DNA of 64,000 bases, taken from contig NC_135880.1 of the NCBI RefSeq assembly GCF_964194155.1, positions 166,532,001 through 166,596,000 on the forward strand, in the 5' to 3' direction. Below the pieces are notes generated by a model. That model searched no databases and was not told the DNA's origin. It saw only the letters and a list, made by a program, of their open reading frames with translations. This document shows positions 35,461 to 49,259 of the stretch, piece by piece; the first letter of the stretch is position 1; every line of letters starts with the position of its first letter. Origin of the DNA: Cetorhinus maximus. Its lineage: Eukaryota. The translations under genes were made by a program, and so were the position numbers.

Positions 35461-36395
35461 GTATGTTCATGTGGGAATGCAGTAATTTCAGATTTTAAAC
35501 ATAATCAAAGTCAGTATTCACCACCTCACCCATTTTATATTTTAGCCCATTCTTCAGCAAAAATTAAGCTGTTGCTTGCATTGTTAACCACATCTGGGTG
35601 TCTTTGTACAGTAGGCACATACCATTCATCTAACAGCCTTGTTCTACCACTGATTTAGATCTGAATCTTCACTCCATGTCCCCATTTTGGTTCCATAACC
35701 CTTAATAGCCAAACCTAACAAAAATATATTAAGCACAGTTTTTACATTTTAACTGACCTGCAGCCTTAATGGCTTTTGGGGGAATGGGTTCCAGGTTTCC
35801 ACTACACTTAGTGTGAAGAAGTGCCTCATGACATCAGCCTTGAAACGCCTAGCTCTAATTTTAAAGTGGAAACAGTTTCACTCTATCAACATTTGATTAG
35901 AGAATACCAAAAAACTATGTGCATCGACATCAATCTAGACTGACGTTAGTGTTGCATGGAGTCAGTTATGTTTATATGTGTGCATATATGTATATAAACA
36001 GACACACAATAATCCAGCCTAAATAATCCTACCTTTTTACATAGCGAGTGGTTAGAATATGGAATGCACCGCATGAGAGTGTAGCGGAGGCAAATTCAAT
36101 CATGGCTTTCAAAAGGGAATTGGATAATTATCTGAAGAGAAAAATTTGTCGGGCTACGAGAAAACGTGATGGAATTGGACTGGCTGAGAGCTAGCACGGA
36201 CATGACGGGCTGATTGGCCTTCTGTGCTGTAACCATTCTATGCTACTCTTCTCAGAAGTTGCTCTTGAATTGGGCTAAAATTATGAGAGCAAGTTTAGTC
36301 AAAAGTCCATGATCACTTTTTGAATGCCAAGTGCAGATAACTCCCTCCCTTGACTAATCCTATAAAGTCACAGATGTACTCTTGCTGTATCTTAC

Positions 36396-36505
36396 CTTTC
36401 ATTCTTATCATTAATGTTCCGTATGCCAGATCAAATTGATAGGCAAGAATGAAGCTTAGTGGAACGATAGGAAACAGAAATACCGGTGCCCTCCTCTTCA
36501 TGGCT
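36396..36505 (-). CDS. PLGRKT: PLGRKT internal coding exon (AMKRRAPVFLFPIVPLSFILAYQFDLAYGTLMIRMK)
   Basis: 110 nt with tgcAG| and |GTAAG boundaries; second hydrophobic segment P.VPLSFI..YQ.DL.YGTL..RMK. Confidence 0.95.
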
Positions 36506-38019
36506 CTGCACAGAAAATAGCCAAGGTCAAATTTAAATTGCTGAAATTTGTAGTAAGAAACACTTGTTTCGTGGAACTTAATATCGTGCTCCTCTAGCAT
36601 TACTAACTGTGATTAAATATATTCCTGGAGGTTTCATCCCATGACTTGCCACCCATGCTCCAGCCATTATTCAGCCAACACATCCATCCTTGTGATGCAC
36701 TGCACTCTGACACCAACTGGAAAGCAAAAAGGCTCATTGCCCAATTGGATGATGCTTAGCTGTCAGCCAAACAGTCTTTGTACCCCCATTTTCCACATCT
36801 TTAACTGGTAAAGAGGAATGTTGAAAGAAAATGCCAAAATAAACCCTCAACACATTTTCGATGTCCCGATGATTTTTCTCCAGGGTTGCACACAGCAGCA
36901 CTCTGGAGATTCATCTCCAGTCCTGGAAACTCCAGGTCAGTCCTGGAAACTCCAGGTCAATCCTGGAGTGTTGGCAACCCAACTTTCCTCCTGGCCCCAA
37001 AATCTAAACACAGGCGCACTGGTGGGCTCTGATTCAGCTGGACTGCCTAGTGCTGTCCTAAAGTGGCAAGCAGAAGCCCAGTTTATTTGGGCCAACTACC
37101 AGCTGCCTCAGGTGCATGCACTAACTGCGTTGCAATAGACCCAGGGACCACTGCAGCAGCCCCAGTAATGATGGGAATTGGGTGCTAAATCATTTCACTG
37201 GGCAGGAGGCCTTAAAAATCTATCCATTCAAGAATTACAAAGTGCTTACAACACAGAACAAGGCCATACATCCCCACAGGTCCCTGCCAATGTCTATGCA
37301 CCACATGAGCCTCCCTTCATCACTCTTCACCTAACCACATCAATGTATCCTTCTATTCCTTTCCCGCTTCTGTGCTTATCGAGCTTCCCTTTAAATACAT
37401 CAAAAATATTTGCCTCAACTACTCCTTGCGGTCGTGAGTTACTATTTTAACATCCATTACTGTCCTCGAAGTGACCAATGCAAGCTATAGGAGATCGGAA
37501 AATGTTTAAAATATTAATAATATTAAACACTACTGTCCTAAATTGCATATGGAAAATTGTGCTGGATTTCAGTGAATCTGGGCTGGACCTGCTGATGCTC
37601 TACAGGGCTGAATTCACCAGAATTTTGTGGATCAACTCAACTTTAAGACCATTGGCATATCCCCAGTGTAAGTCTTGTGCCGGGATGCTTGGAAACTAGA
37701 GTGTGGTCTTTACGAAGTCAGTCTGGCTAAAAACTGCAGATGTAGCCCAGGGAAGCAGTTGGCAAGTAGGAATGTGTCTAGCTGACTGTGTCCACTGCCG
37801 GGTTGCTGGTTGCTGTACAATTTTGTCTGACACAGGCAACTGAACATGGATGTTGCACACAGGAATGAAAGAAGACCTCACTTAGTTAGTTTTAATGAAA
37901 ATGATCTCTAAACCCTCAAGGAGACTGAACAGAGGAAAAACACATTTGCGCTGTTTCTGCGGGGTGAATGTGTAAAAACTGTTTCTTGTACCATGTGGGT
38001 GGAGGTGGCACCGAGTACA

Positions 38020-38790
38020 ACTCTCTACCAGATTTCCTCTTACCCTCTTCTCTAAGGAGAACAGTCCCAGATTCTCCAACCTACCCACGTAGCTGAAATT
38101 TCTCATCCCTGGAACCTTTCTCGTAAATCTTTTCTGCACCTTCTCTAATGCCTTCACATCCTTCCTAAAGTGTGATGCCCAGAACTTGACACAGTGCTCC
38201 AGTTGAGGCTAATCCAGCATATTGTACTGGTTTATCATAACTTCCTTGCTTTTATACTCTATGTCCCTACTTAAAAAGCTTAGAATCCCATGTGCTTTAT
38301 TAACTGCTCTCTCAATCTGCCTAATGATTTTACCTTCACTGATTTGTGCACATATACCCCCAAATCCCTCTGCTCTTGCACCCCTTTTAGAATTGCATCC
38401 TTTGTTTTATATTGTTTCTCCTCATCCTTCCGACCAAAATGAATCACTTCACACTTCCCCCTTCCTGTATCTGTAAGCTCCTCAACCCTCTGAGATCCCT
38501 CCATTCCTCTAACTCTGGTTTCCTGTGCATTGCATATTGTCATCACTCCAACATTGGTGCCTGCGTGTTTAGAGTCTAGGCTCTCAGCTGCGGAATTCTG
38601 TCCCTGAACCTCTCCTCCTGTCCACCACTCTCCCTTCCTTTAAGACACTTCTTAAAATTTACCTCTTGAGAAAGTTTTTTCCCACCTGTCCTAATATATC
38701 CTTACTTGGCTCAGTGCCAAATCTCATTTGACAACATGCCTGTGAAGCACCACATTAAAGGCGCTTTATAAATGCAAGTCATTGTTATTG
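38020..38790. mobile_element. CR1 fragment (-, about 38020-38460) joined to an L2-type 3' end (+, about 38460-38790)
   Basis: ORFs 37882..38157- and 38280..38546- carry CR1 motifs; L2 tail attaaaggcgctttataaatgcaag. Confidence 0.7.
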
Positions 38791-39079
38791 TGATCACAGA
38801 GGTAAACACTGTCAAATAGAAGTGTAATCAGTTGTGTTCTGATGTCATTTGCAGTAATTACTCAGGAGTGCTTTGAGTGACAGTCATTCTAGTTATTCAT
38901 TTTTGGATTCCGCTATTACTTCACCTCTGATTATGAGATTTAAGTGAAAATAAGAGGCAATCCATAATGTTCTTTGCCTGCTTTCACCTTATAGCTTAAA
39001 TATCTTAACATGAGGAGACATACTACTTGTTATAGGGGACAATTAAAGAGTTGCAATCATGGTTTCTTAAAAAATCATG

Positions 39080-40270
39080 CTGGACCAAATCTTCCACTCT
39101 ATATATCGTAGAGATGCAAACATTGGGACTCTACAGAAGGCCTGACACGTGAACCTACGTGGGAATTGTCAGGGAGGTTTCATTTTCTGATGGACAGTTC
39201 ACCTGCTGCCAGGAACCTCCGCAAATGTCTCGGACTCTGAGTTAGAGTCGGGGACTTTGGACAGTTCCGTGATACTTACCTGGGTAGTTACCCAGGAAAT
39301 GTTAAACAGATTAAAACCTAGTCTAACATCTGGGTAACTACAAACCTGATCCCCACATCACGTCCCCCCCATTCCTTCCACATCACGTTCCCCCCCTTCC
39401 AACCCCCGACCCCTGACTACCCCCCGATCCAGCCACACTCCTGACCATCCGACTAACCCCCCCGACCAACTGCGACTATTTCTAGATTACCCACCCTGTC
39501 TACGCCCCTGACCACCCCCCCAACCAGAGCTAACTAACCCCAAAGCAGACCTGACCTTCACGACTACCACCTCTGACCACCCGACTAGCTTCCTGGCCTA
39601 ACCCGCATTCTCCCCCTGACCACCTGACTACAACTCCCGACCCGACTAGCCTCCTGACCCAACCCGACAACCTCCTGACCAGATCTGACTACTTCCCCGA
39701 CCACCTGACTACTACCCCTGACCCAACTACCCTCCCGACCACCCAACTACCCTCCTGACCCGACCCAAATGCGCCCCCCCGACCCTGACCTGATTACCCC
39801 CACCGAACCTGTCTACCCCTCCCGACCACCTGACCGCACTCCCGGACACTTGACTAACCACCCCCGACCTGACCCCTCACGACTACCCCTCAACCTGCCC
39901 TGATTACCCCCACCAACCTGACTACCTACTTACCCATCTACCACCTTACCCCGCTACCCATTCAGCATTTACCCACCTGCCCACCCCAGCCGCATATCCA
40001 TTCAATCACTCATCCAGACACCCATTCGCTAACATTCAGACTGGACACTTAAACTCACCATGCGCAGCTAGTGCTGTAAAAAGGGGCATGTCCTGTCTTC
40101 CACCAACTCTGCTTCACTCTGATGGAGTTCCATGAGGGACGCTATGCTGCGCATTTCTGTGAAAGCTAGGATCGGGAGACCGTGATAGAAATGCTCAGCA
40201 GCCTCAAGTTGGGGGAATTGTCAAATGCAGCAGCAATCCGGCCACTATTTGCATTCTGAAATTCTGGCGA
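39080..40270. mobile_element. Probable non-autonomous DNA element with an internal C-rich degenerate tandem array (about 39340-40030)
   Basis: Imperfect termini ggaccaaatcttcc / gaaattctggcg; interior built from CCCGAC/CTGACC/GACTAC units. Confidence 0.5.
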
Positions 40271-40457
40271 ATATTGGTACTTTACAACCTTATCCTTGTG
40301 CCCATTTTAGTTGGAGCATTAACAATATGGCATAGTCCAGAGATCTCTGAGTTAGCTATGTGTAAAAGATGCTTAATCAGGCAATCATTTTGTGCAATAA
40401 AAAGTTGCTGTAATGATAAAGCAGTCAATGACCATAAAACAAAAATGAAATACTTAC

Positions 40458-40588
40458 CCTAATGTTAAACCAATAGCTGTAAGTCCAAAAAAACTTCCAA
40501 AGTACTTTATAAATTCACGGGACCATGCGATCTGCATTGCCACTTGTCTCTGTCTCATTTCATCTTGCATCAGAATCTGCCTCTGCAG
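40458..40588 (-). CDS. PLGRKT: PLGRKT internal coding exon (LQRQILMQDEMRQRQVAMQIAWSREFIKYFGSFFGLTAIGLTLG)
   Basis: 131 nt with ttttacAG| and |GTAAGT boundaries; hallmark RQ.AMQIAWSREF.KYFG.FFGL. The first coding exon was not found in the window. Confidence 0.96.
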
Positions 40589-42799
40589 CTGTAAAAGGCG
40601 ACACAAGCAATATGTTAATCAGAAAACAAATTGCAAACTGCTCTCCCAAATCCTAAAAAAAATGTTTTCTTTCCCCAATAAAACTAAGTAGCTAGCCTTG
40701 AAGTTAATGTTGTGTTTAGGGATATGTTATTTATCGGTTACTCAAAATGACATTAGGAAGCACACGAGGAGCATAAAAACCAGCAAATACCAGTTGGTCC
40801 GAATGGTCGGTTTTTGTGTTGTAAGTGTAATGTGAAATTATACAGGTACAATAAATATCAACACACTCCTGAGGATCACATGTCTATAAATCTGAAAGAA
40901 AATCTCACTGAATAAGATCAAATAGTGTCATCATTGAAGAAAATGTAAGTTATTGGTGAATAGCAACAGGAAAAAAAAACATGCCAGTTAAGTCAGTAGA
41001 TGTAGAACATGTCAGAAATCTGGTGACAAACAACAAAACTCTTATCATCTTCGAGATTCCCTGGCATTTCTTTGCCGATCACTGAAGGACCTGATGAGGT
41101 TGAAACCATTGTCTTCAGTGGGGCCAGTGGCCTATATCAACTTATAGGCTCAGGTGGAGTAACATCCCACCATCTCTGTGGGTGAATACCGAATGAAACA
41201 ATGAGACCCAAAAGAGGGGCGTACATATAAATGATTTTTCTGGTCAACGTTTATTGTCAATTATATTAATTTGGATCTTCAAATCGTGCTTGCCTCTCAA
41301 TTACAAGACATTCCAATCTTTTTTAAGCTAATCCTCCTGCTAATTGTACAAAGTATATAAGCTGCACTCTGACTCAGGGGATAGTACAACAGGAAGTCTG
41401 AAGAGTTGGTGGCGGGCGCAGGGGTGTGGGGGCAGGGGTTCGAAACTTTATTCAGTGCCACCTGTCAGCATTCACCTTCATAGAATGTTGAAACCTAGGG
41501 GGCTACGGACCAAGAGCTGGAAGGTAGCATTCCTCTGGATAACTCCTTCGGTCAACAGGGACATGATGAGCTAAATGGCCTCCTCCTGCACCATAAATGT
41601 TTTTATGTTTCTGAGAATTGGTAAGTGCAACTGGGAATTGCCAACTTAAACGGCGTTCAGGCTGCAAGGCCAATTGAATGGCCAATGCACCGTCCCATAA
41701 AATGACAGCAGCTGGTGAGCATCCACGTTACCTCATTTTATGGAGGAGTGCCAAATGCAAGTGGAGAACTCACCCACAGACGGACAGCAAAATGTGAGGG
41801 GTCATCACTCAGCAACTCCTTGAGGACAAGACTAGCAGGAGCTTGGGACAGCTCTGACCCATAGCTGGTGTACGATCTGCCACAAGCAAAATAAAGAGAA
41901 GAAAATAGCTTGTTTATGGGTAAAGATATATGTTTATGGAGTGTGCTTGTTTGTTAATGTGTACCAAAGCCCATACTGGCGGAACTATGCTGTTGTACGT
42001 TCCCACTGAAAGAATCATCTTTAAACATTGCCAGACTTCTTTTTTGAACTGAAAAAGATTGGCATCTGTATGTTAAAGCTTTTCTCACCACTAGCTTCCA
42101 ATCTCTCTCTATTTCTCTCGATGACCATCTTTCTTGTAATGCTTTATGTTATCTATACCAATATGGTCACCACCACCCTTCAACATTGCAGATAGTATTC
42201 TGAGCCACACAAAAGCCTGCTCCCCCTAAAACCCTCTTCCTCACCAAACTGCACATCCCACATCCTATTGAATTACCTTAAGGATACCTATTTTTGATTC
42301 CAACTCCCTCTACCGCCTCATCTATCCTATTATTTCTGCAATCATCTCCAGCTACATGGCTGGCTGACCTTGTAGTCCTCCGACATCAAATTGCAACTTG
42401 TTACGCACTCCCTCTCCTCCACCAATGATGGCCACTCATCTTGGCACGATGCGTGCACATTCTGGTATTCTCTCCCCTGCCAGTTCTGCCTTAAGACTGA
42501 ACTTCCTGCCTTTAAAAATCTCCTTAAACTGTTCCCTTCGACCAAGTCTCTTTAATCACTACAATTGTTGATTTAGTGTATCCCAGAAGCAAGGGACAAG
42601 AAAACAGTGCTCAAAAATTGTCAGAAGTACAAAATCTTACAGTTATGTGTGGCTCCTCGTGTGCAATAAAGTGTCTCTGAGCATGTTACAATAGGGAGAA
42701 ATAGGATACAGTGGACACCAAGTGTAGCAAAAGGGAAAATATGGATTGGTTAGGATGAGAAACCAAATATACACTTGGAGAATAAAGTTTTGAGATTTT

Positions 42800-43960
42800 C
42801 AAAAGCAAGGAGTAAAGTGTCAACTGTGTAGGAAGTTACAGAAGACAGAGGTATAGTAGCTGAACAAGCGGTTGTCAACGGTAGAATGGAAAAGTAAATG
42901 GGTGAAAGGAAGATCAGTATTCGAGTCGAGGATTTGCACTGTTACATATACAAATGGCATTATGAACACAGGGCTATTGAAGCTACGGAGGAATCTAAAA
43001 ACGAGTGTAAAAATGTAAAATTGGGCACACTAGGGGACAGGAAGCAAGTGGAGCTTGGAGAGGACACTGATGACGGGATGTAATATGGCTGTGCCGTTTT
43101 TAATGAATTGAAGTTTATGCTTGTGGGAGGTTAAAATGGGGAGACCAGAAAGGAGGATGGGCATTGGGTAAGTCGAGCCTTGATTTGGTGAAGACACGGA
43201 CAAGGGTTTCGGCAGTGAAAGGGATGAGATGAAGCAGAGGCAGGCAATGTAATGCAGCAGCAGAAAAAAAGCCAGTTACTGCACTCAGAATGGAAGAAGG
43301 TGTCAAAGCATGTACCTCTGTTGGCTTAAGGTGAAAGCCAAGAAGGTTAATGGAATTGAGGCCAGTTGCATGGTTAGCTGTGTGAAAGAATCACTTCAGT
43401 TTTGCTAACATTTAACTGGGGGAAGTTTTGACTCACTCACTCTAATATCAGACAGGTAGTTTGAGAATGTGGCAACAACTCTTAGGCCATAGTGATACAG
43501 GTGGCATCTGACCACGGGTTTTTGGACAATGCCACTAAAGATCATTTGTGGATAGTGAAGATCCAGGGGCCCAGGATGAACAACTGAGTACAAAAAGAGG
43601 TGACCATATAAGTAAAGAAACCATTGGCACTAAAGCAGTGCATTTGTTGATACAGATACCTGCAGAACCTATAGAAAGTGAGAGTGAGAGAGAGCAGTGC
43701 TCTAGCCATAAACTTTGGAGGATAGATGTAGAAGAAACTGGAATGGTCAAAAGTGTTGATAGTGGCAGGAGACCCAAGAGGGAGTCACTGTCATGCAGTA
43801 TGTGATGTGTAATTTTGACTGGAACAGTCTTAGGATGGCAGAGAATTCACAGGGGGAGATAGTGAGAAAAGTAGATTGGAAGAGCTCGAATAAAGAGAGG
43901 TGAGAGTGCCATTTTGAGGCAACAATATGGTTGAGAATCTTGGAGAGGAAGAGAAGGTGC
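42800..43960 (-). mobile_element. Highly decayed L2-type LINE
   Basis: Minus-strand remnants such as AETLVRVFTKSRLD and ESKLPPVKC. Confidence 0.5.
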
Positions 43961-45054
43961 TCCCTTCCTTTAGAGCTTCCTGAATAATTCAAAACTTGAA
44001 GGAATGCGACTCCACACTTGTAATAGTTACTTTTTGATGGCCAACAGGTTGATTGGCAGTCATTGCAACTTATCATCTCATTTAATGGGTACTCATGTTT
44101 CTAATGGCTAGACCTAACTTTCTATGGCAAGTTTAATGGGCAAATACAGAAAGTTCCCATAACAATATGAGGAGGCTAAGGGTAAGATGCAATATTTGTG
44201 AAGCTCACTGCGAATGCAAATCAAATGTCATTTTTTGAATACTCACATTACAAGAATACTTGAGATAATGGTAAATACTTGATATTAAGAATCCAGTGAA
44301 ACTTTTTTCCTTTGAATGATGTTATTACTACTGCAGAAAGTGTAATCTAAATTTAATTGCCATGGAAAATTCCACCCTGTTCAAATTTCAAGTTTAAATA
44401 CCAGGAGGGGACAAACTGCTGGGCTATGAGGAGAGAGCAGGATAATGGGATGAACTGGATTGCTCTTTCAAAGAGCTGGCACAGACACAATGGGCCAAAT
44501 GGCCTCCTTCTGTATCATCCTATGATTCTTTGAAATTCTGTTGAACTGACAGTCACCTACACTCAATTTTGTAGACTAATAATTAAAAGAAAAACAATAC
44601 CAGGTGCTCAATGCTGAAAATTACCGTTGCTCTTACTTTATGTTAAGTCACACAAGAATGGCTCTGTTTAATTCCCATTCATGGAGTCATTTATGGCATA
44701 ATTTCCTTGTCTCCATAATTAACTGAGACAATTATAACAGACCAGACTCGACTTAATAAAATATTAAAATAATTAGGTCTAATTTTATTCATTTTGTTAG
44801 CACAGCACATGTGTAAACTACAAAGTAACTATTCATATAGCCTATTAAGTATCCTTTAGTTGTAACTAATTTTAGAAGACATTCAAAAGCAAGCTTGGAG
44901 TAGAAGATGTTTGAAACAGAAAGCAGATCAATTTACTGATCTGTAATCTCAATTTCATTTGTGTGCAGATGCAAGCGTGAATGGAACCACAGCATGAACC
45001 TAGCTGCCAGCATGAGAAGTCTGCTCCAAGCACACCTCATAGCAACTCTCGTTT

Positions 45055-45805
45055 CATTTTCAATTTGTTCATGGGGTTTGGGCATTGTTGCCAAGGCCAA
45101 CATTAATTGCCCATCGCCATTTGCTATCTTGAACCACTGTAGTCCTTGTGGTGTGTGTGCATCCGCAGTGCTGTTAGGTACGGAGTTCCAGGATTTTGAC
45201 CCAGGAACAATAAAGGAATGATGATGCATTTCTGTGCTGATGTGCTGATACATTTCTTTTTTTAAAATTCATTCATGGGATGTGGGCTTCGCTGGCTAGC
45301 CCAACATTTATTGCCCATCCCTAATTACCCTCGAGAAGGTGGTGGTGAGCTGCCTTCTTGAATCGCTGCAGTCCCTGTGGTGTATACACCCACAGTGCTG
45401 TTAGAGAGGGAGTTCCAGGATTTTGACCCAGCGACAGTGAAGGAATGGCGATATATTTCCAAGTCAAGATGGTGAATGGCTTGAAGGGGAACTTGTAGGT
45501 GGTGGTATTCCCATGTATCTGCTGCCCATGTCCTTCTAGGTATTAGCAGTTGTGTGTTTTGAAGGTGCTGCCTGAGGAGCATTGATGAGTTTCTGCAGTG
45601 CATCTTGTAGATGGTACACACTGCTGCCACTGTGCGTTGGTGGTGGAAGGAGTGAATGTTTGTAGATGGGGTGCCAATCAAGCGGGCTGCTTTGTCCTGG
45701 ATGGTGTCAAGCTTCTTGAGTGTTGTTGGAGCTGAACTCATCCAGGCAAGCAGAGACAATTCCATCACACTCCTGACTTGTGCCTTGTAGATGGTGGACA
45801 GGCTT
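45055..45805 (-). mobile_element. Two adjacent 3' ends of the Zenon-like CR1-group LINE
   Basis: ORF 45325..45768- LKKLDTIQDKAARLI...RTVAAVCTIYKMHC; tail gggcaataaatg...gcccacatcccatgaatgaa. Confidence 0.8.
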
Positions 45806-46006
45806 TCACGTCATAGCCTTAGAGTTAGCAGAGAGAAGAGACTGTTTTTCATGCCAGGCTAGCTTCAACTTTAAGGCTTGGAAGTGCAGTGTGATATTAG
45901 GTTTCATTTAAAACTATTGAAGAAAGTTTCCAGCCCATCTATTCTAATTTAAAACTAATACATTTAATAATTTAGGAGAACTATATCACAATAAGATGAA
46001 CATCAA

Positions 46007-46385
46007 GTGATGCAGTGGTAATGTCACTGGACTAGTAATCCAGAAGCCCAGGTGAATGCTCTGTAAACATGAGTTCAAATCCCACAATGGCTGCTGGAGG
46101 AAATCCGGAATATAAAGTTGGTCTTAGTAATGGTAATAATAACAGTAATAACAACTTTCATTGATTGTTGTTTAAAAACCCATCTGGTTCCCTAATGCCC
46201 TTTAGGGAAAGAAATCTGCCATCCTTACCTGGTCTGCCTGCATGTGACTCCAGACCCAATGTGGTTGGCACTTAACTGCCCTCTGAAATAGCCTAGCCAG
46301 CCACTCAGTTCAATGGCAATTAGGGATGGGTAACAAATGTTTGACTTGCCAGAGACGCCCACATCCCATGAAAGAATAAATTTTA
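46007..46385 (+). mobile_element. tRNA-derived SINE whose 3' tail is shared with the Zenon-like LINE
   Basis: A-box/B-box-like head gcagtggtaatgtcactggactagtaatccag...gagttcaaatccc; tail ggcaattagggatggg...cgcccacatcccatgaaagaataaa. Confidence 0.8.
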
Positions 46386-47939
46386 AAAATCATTAAGGGC
46401 AACCTTGTAAGAACTCATGTTCTTCCCTAAAGAGGCTGGAGGTGGTCTCTGAATCTTTCCTGCTCATTATTTTTGTAGTGCCTCAAGGATCTATCCCGGC
46501 TCCCTCCTGTTCCTCGTCTACATGCGACTGCATCTGAAAACATATCTGGGTTTCACGGCAACACTGATGACACTGAGATCTAACTCAGCGCCACCTCTCT
46601 TGACCGCTCCACCACCTTTGTGTTGTCAGGCTGCTTGCCATCATCATGATGAGCAAGAGTTCTTTCAGTTTAACAATGCGAAGACTGGAGCCATTCGGCC
46701 CCTGTCACAAACTCTGTTCCCTTGCCACCAATTTTGGAAAGGCAACTAAATAGGGAAAATCACAAACACTTGATATAAAATAGGGCAGAAATGCCACCAG
46801 TGGGAGCTAGAAAAAGTATTGAATTGCTTTCCAGTAACACACATAGATTAGTGATGTACAAAACAAGCTTCTAGATACAGTTAGACGAAGGGATATTTAA
46901 CTTTAACACGAAAACCTCAGATTATACAGTGCAGCGATCTTTACTAATTGATTCTTATAACCGGATAGCACATATCAAAAGGTCAAGGCTACAAATCATT
47001 CATGTAATATTGTGTTCCTTGCTGCTCTTGCTACAATATGCAAACAAGAGTTAAGATAATGGAATCAAAATGCCACCTTTGAAAAATTAATATTCAGAAA
47101 GGAAACAACAAAATCGGGGACAAATTCAGCTGATGACTTTTAGAGCACATTGCGTTGATTACTGGCTGAAGAGTACTGTATTCAGGAGAGAAATGTCATG
47201 GAAGGCTCTAACATTTTCTAAATACTGTAGTCCACAGACTCCAATGTATTACTTTGAAGTTCAGTCAAAAAGGAAGCAAAATATCACAGAGGGCATGGTC
47301 CCCATGGCTTTGGGTAGCAAAGAGCACAAACCCATAAAATTATACCGTTACAAGCCAAATTTTACATACATTTATACATATTGGCAACAGGGAGTTTACC
47401 AGTGATCTGTATTGGTTGTTACGTTGTTTTAGCTAGTTAAACTCCAGCCGTGCCTCTATGCACACTTGGAAGTCTCTAAGCTGTGGCTCTGCCAATGTGC
47501 ATCCAAGGAAACTGGACTTGAGTCAATGGGCACATCCAGACAGGCCAGAGAATGCAAATAAAACCTCGACCTGCATAGGCTTTTCAGTAGCTTGATTTTG
47601 AGACTCTAAGGTGCCACACATCCAAATGCCCCAAACCACTCGCTTCTGCTTGGTGCTCAGTGTCTCGGCCCAGATTAGCTACTCACCATTGGAAGAAGCT
47701 TGGACTGTAATGTCAGCTGAGTTGAGGACTAGCAGCTTAACCTTACAACTGGTAGCTCATATGTGTTAACACACTGTACAACCAGGCAGCATTACTGAGC
47801 AATATTTTTGGCTTGAAAATGAAAACAAGTGATTTTGGTGTATGTTTCTTTGATTATGCATTTCAGATTACTGTGTTTTAACAGGGTACTTATTAATAGT
47901 CATTTGGTAGTACAGAACTTGAGTATTTCTGAAACAAGA

Positions 47940-48443
47940 GACATGTTGAAGCTGTTCATGTTGCGTTCATCGGGACACTTTGCAAGAATACCAATTATAA
48001 GGGGAAGACAGCAATTTACACTGTATAAGATGAGAGTGCTGATTGGTTGGCAAGTGGACTCAGATTGGTAGAGGCATTGCCAAGGAGAATGCACCATTTG
48101 ATGGTGACTAACAGTTAACTGCCAAGCATTGTTTGAAATTTAAACCAGGCAGCTTGACTTTGATTGATCAAGGCATTGTCCTGAGGAATGAGTCAGCGAT
48201 TGGCTGTCACTTATTTTGTTTCAGCTGAGCAAGCTGCCCGGTTTAAATTTCAGACAATGCTTGGCAGTTAACCATGAGTCACCATCAACTGGTGCATTCT
48301 CCATGGCAATTCCTCTACCAATCAGAGTCCGCTTGCCAACCAATCACCAATCTTATCTCATAAACTATAAATTGTTGTTTTCTCCTTATATTGGTATTCT
48401 TATGAAGTATCCTGATGAGTGCAAGATGAAAACCTTTGACATC
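47940..48443. mobile_element. Second family of fold-back Penelope-like element with outward-facing degenerate hammerhead motifs
   Basis: Arms at about 47940-48156 and 48231-48440 are inverted. The right end reads CTGATGA-GTGCAAGAT-GAAA-ACCTTTGAC; the left arm has a more decayed copy. Confidence 0.7.
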
Positions 48444-48781
48444 TTCCCGATGTTTAACTGGAGAAAATTCGATCACATCCAAAACTGGATATTGGACATG
48501 CAGCCTGACAAGGCCGGGGCAGTGGAGGAGTTTGAGAATGCTGGTGGAGAAGGACACTTTAAGAAAATACTACAGCTTCAGGTGTTTTAATTGCGGCCTC
48601 ACCTAAAGGGCAACAACATCTGAAGACACAGAAGGTTTTGTACATGTATACTGACAACACCTAGCTCGACTTCTCCACCAGCATTCACAAACCCCTCCAC
48701 TGCCCCGGCCTTGTCAGGCTGCATGTCCAATATCCAGTTTTGGATGTGATCGAGTTTTCTCCAGTTAAACATTGGGAAGAT
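48441..48781. repeat. 112-bp inverted duplication (48441-48552 / 48670-48781) of L2-derived sequence
   Basis: Arms are nearly identical; ORFs 48216..48590+ and 48599..48784- share IFPMFNWRK.DHIQNWILDMQPDKAGAVE. Confidence 0.9.
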
Positions 48782-49259
48782 CAAAGTTATTGTCTTTGAC
48801 TCCTGATCACAAACTCCACAATCTTGCCACTGATTCTATTCCCCTTTCCCTCACACCCCTCTGGTGACTGCCTCAGCTTGAACCATGTTCTCAGTGCCAT
48901 ATTCAAACTTATACACTTCACTATTCCAAAATTCTCCTGACTGACCCACAGACCTCCACTGCTGTAACCTCCTGCTGATACAAATCTCTGCTGCGCATAT
49001 GCTGTACTTCACCAAACCCCACACAAATCATTCCTGCCCTTGCTGATCTATGTTGGTGCCTGGCCCCTTCATTTTAAACTGTTCATTCTGATGTTTAAAA
49101 CCCTTGAAAGGCCTTTTGCCTCCATTTCTTTGCAACCTCCTTCAATCCTACATTCTGTCTCCCCAACCAAGCTCTCCTCTCCTCCCACTCTCTTCAACAA
49201 CAAGAGCTTGAATTTATATAGCGTCTTTAGCATAGTAAAATTACGCAGGATGCTTAATA

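Noticed and set aside
41080-41120. CTGATGA...GAAAC...GTC inside a hairpin, resembling a hammerhead or C/D snoRNA
   Set aside because: Stem II would be only GGTT, stem I is out of register with the cleavage site, and there is no terminal D box. Probably chance or very decayed.
46007-46090. tRNA gene
   Set aside because: The tRNA-like A/B boxes continue into a SINE body and LINE-derived tail; no complete cloverleaf.
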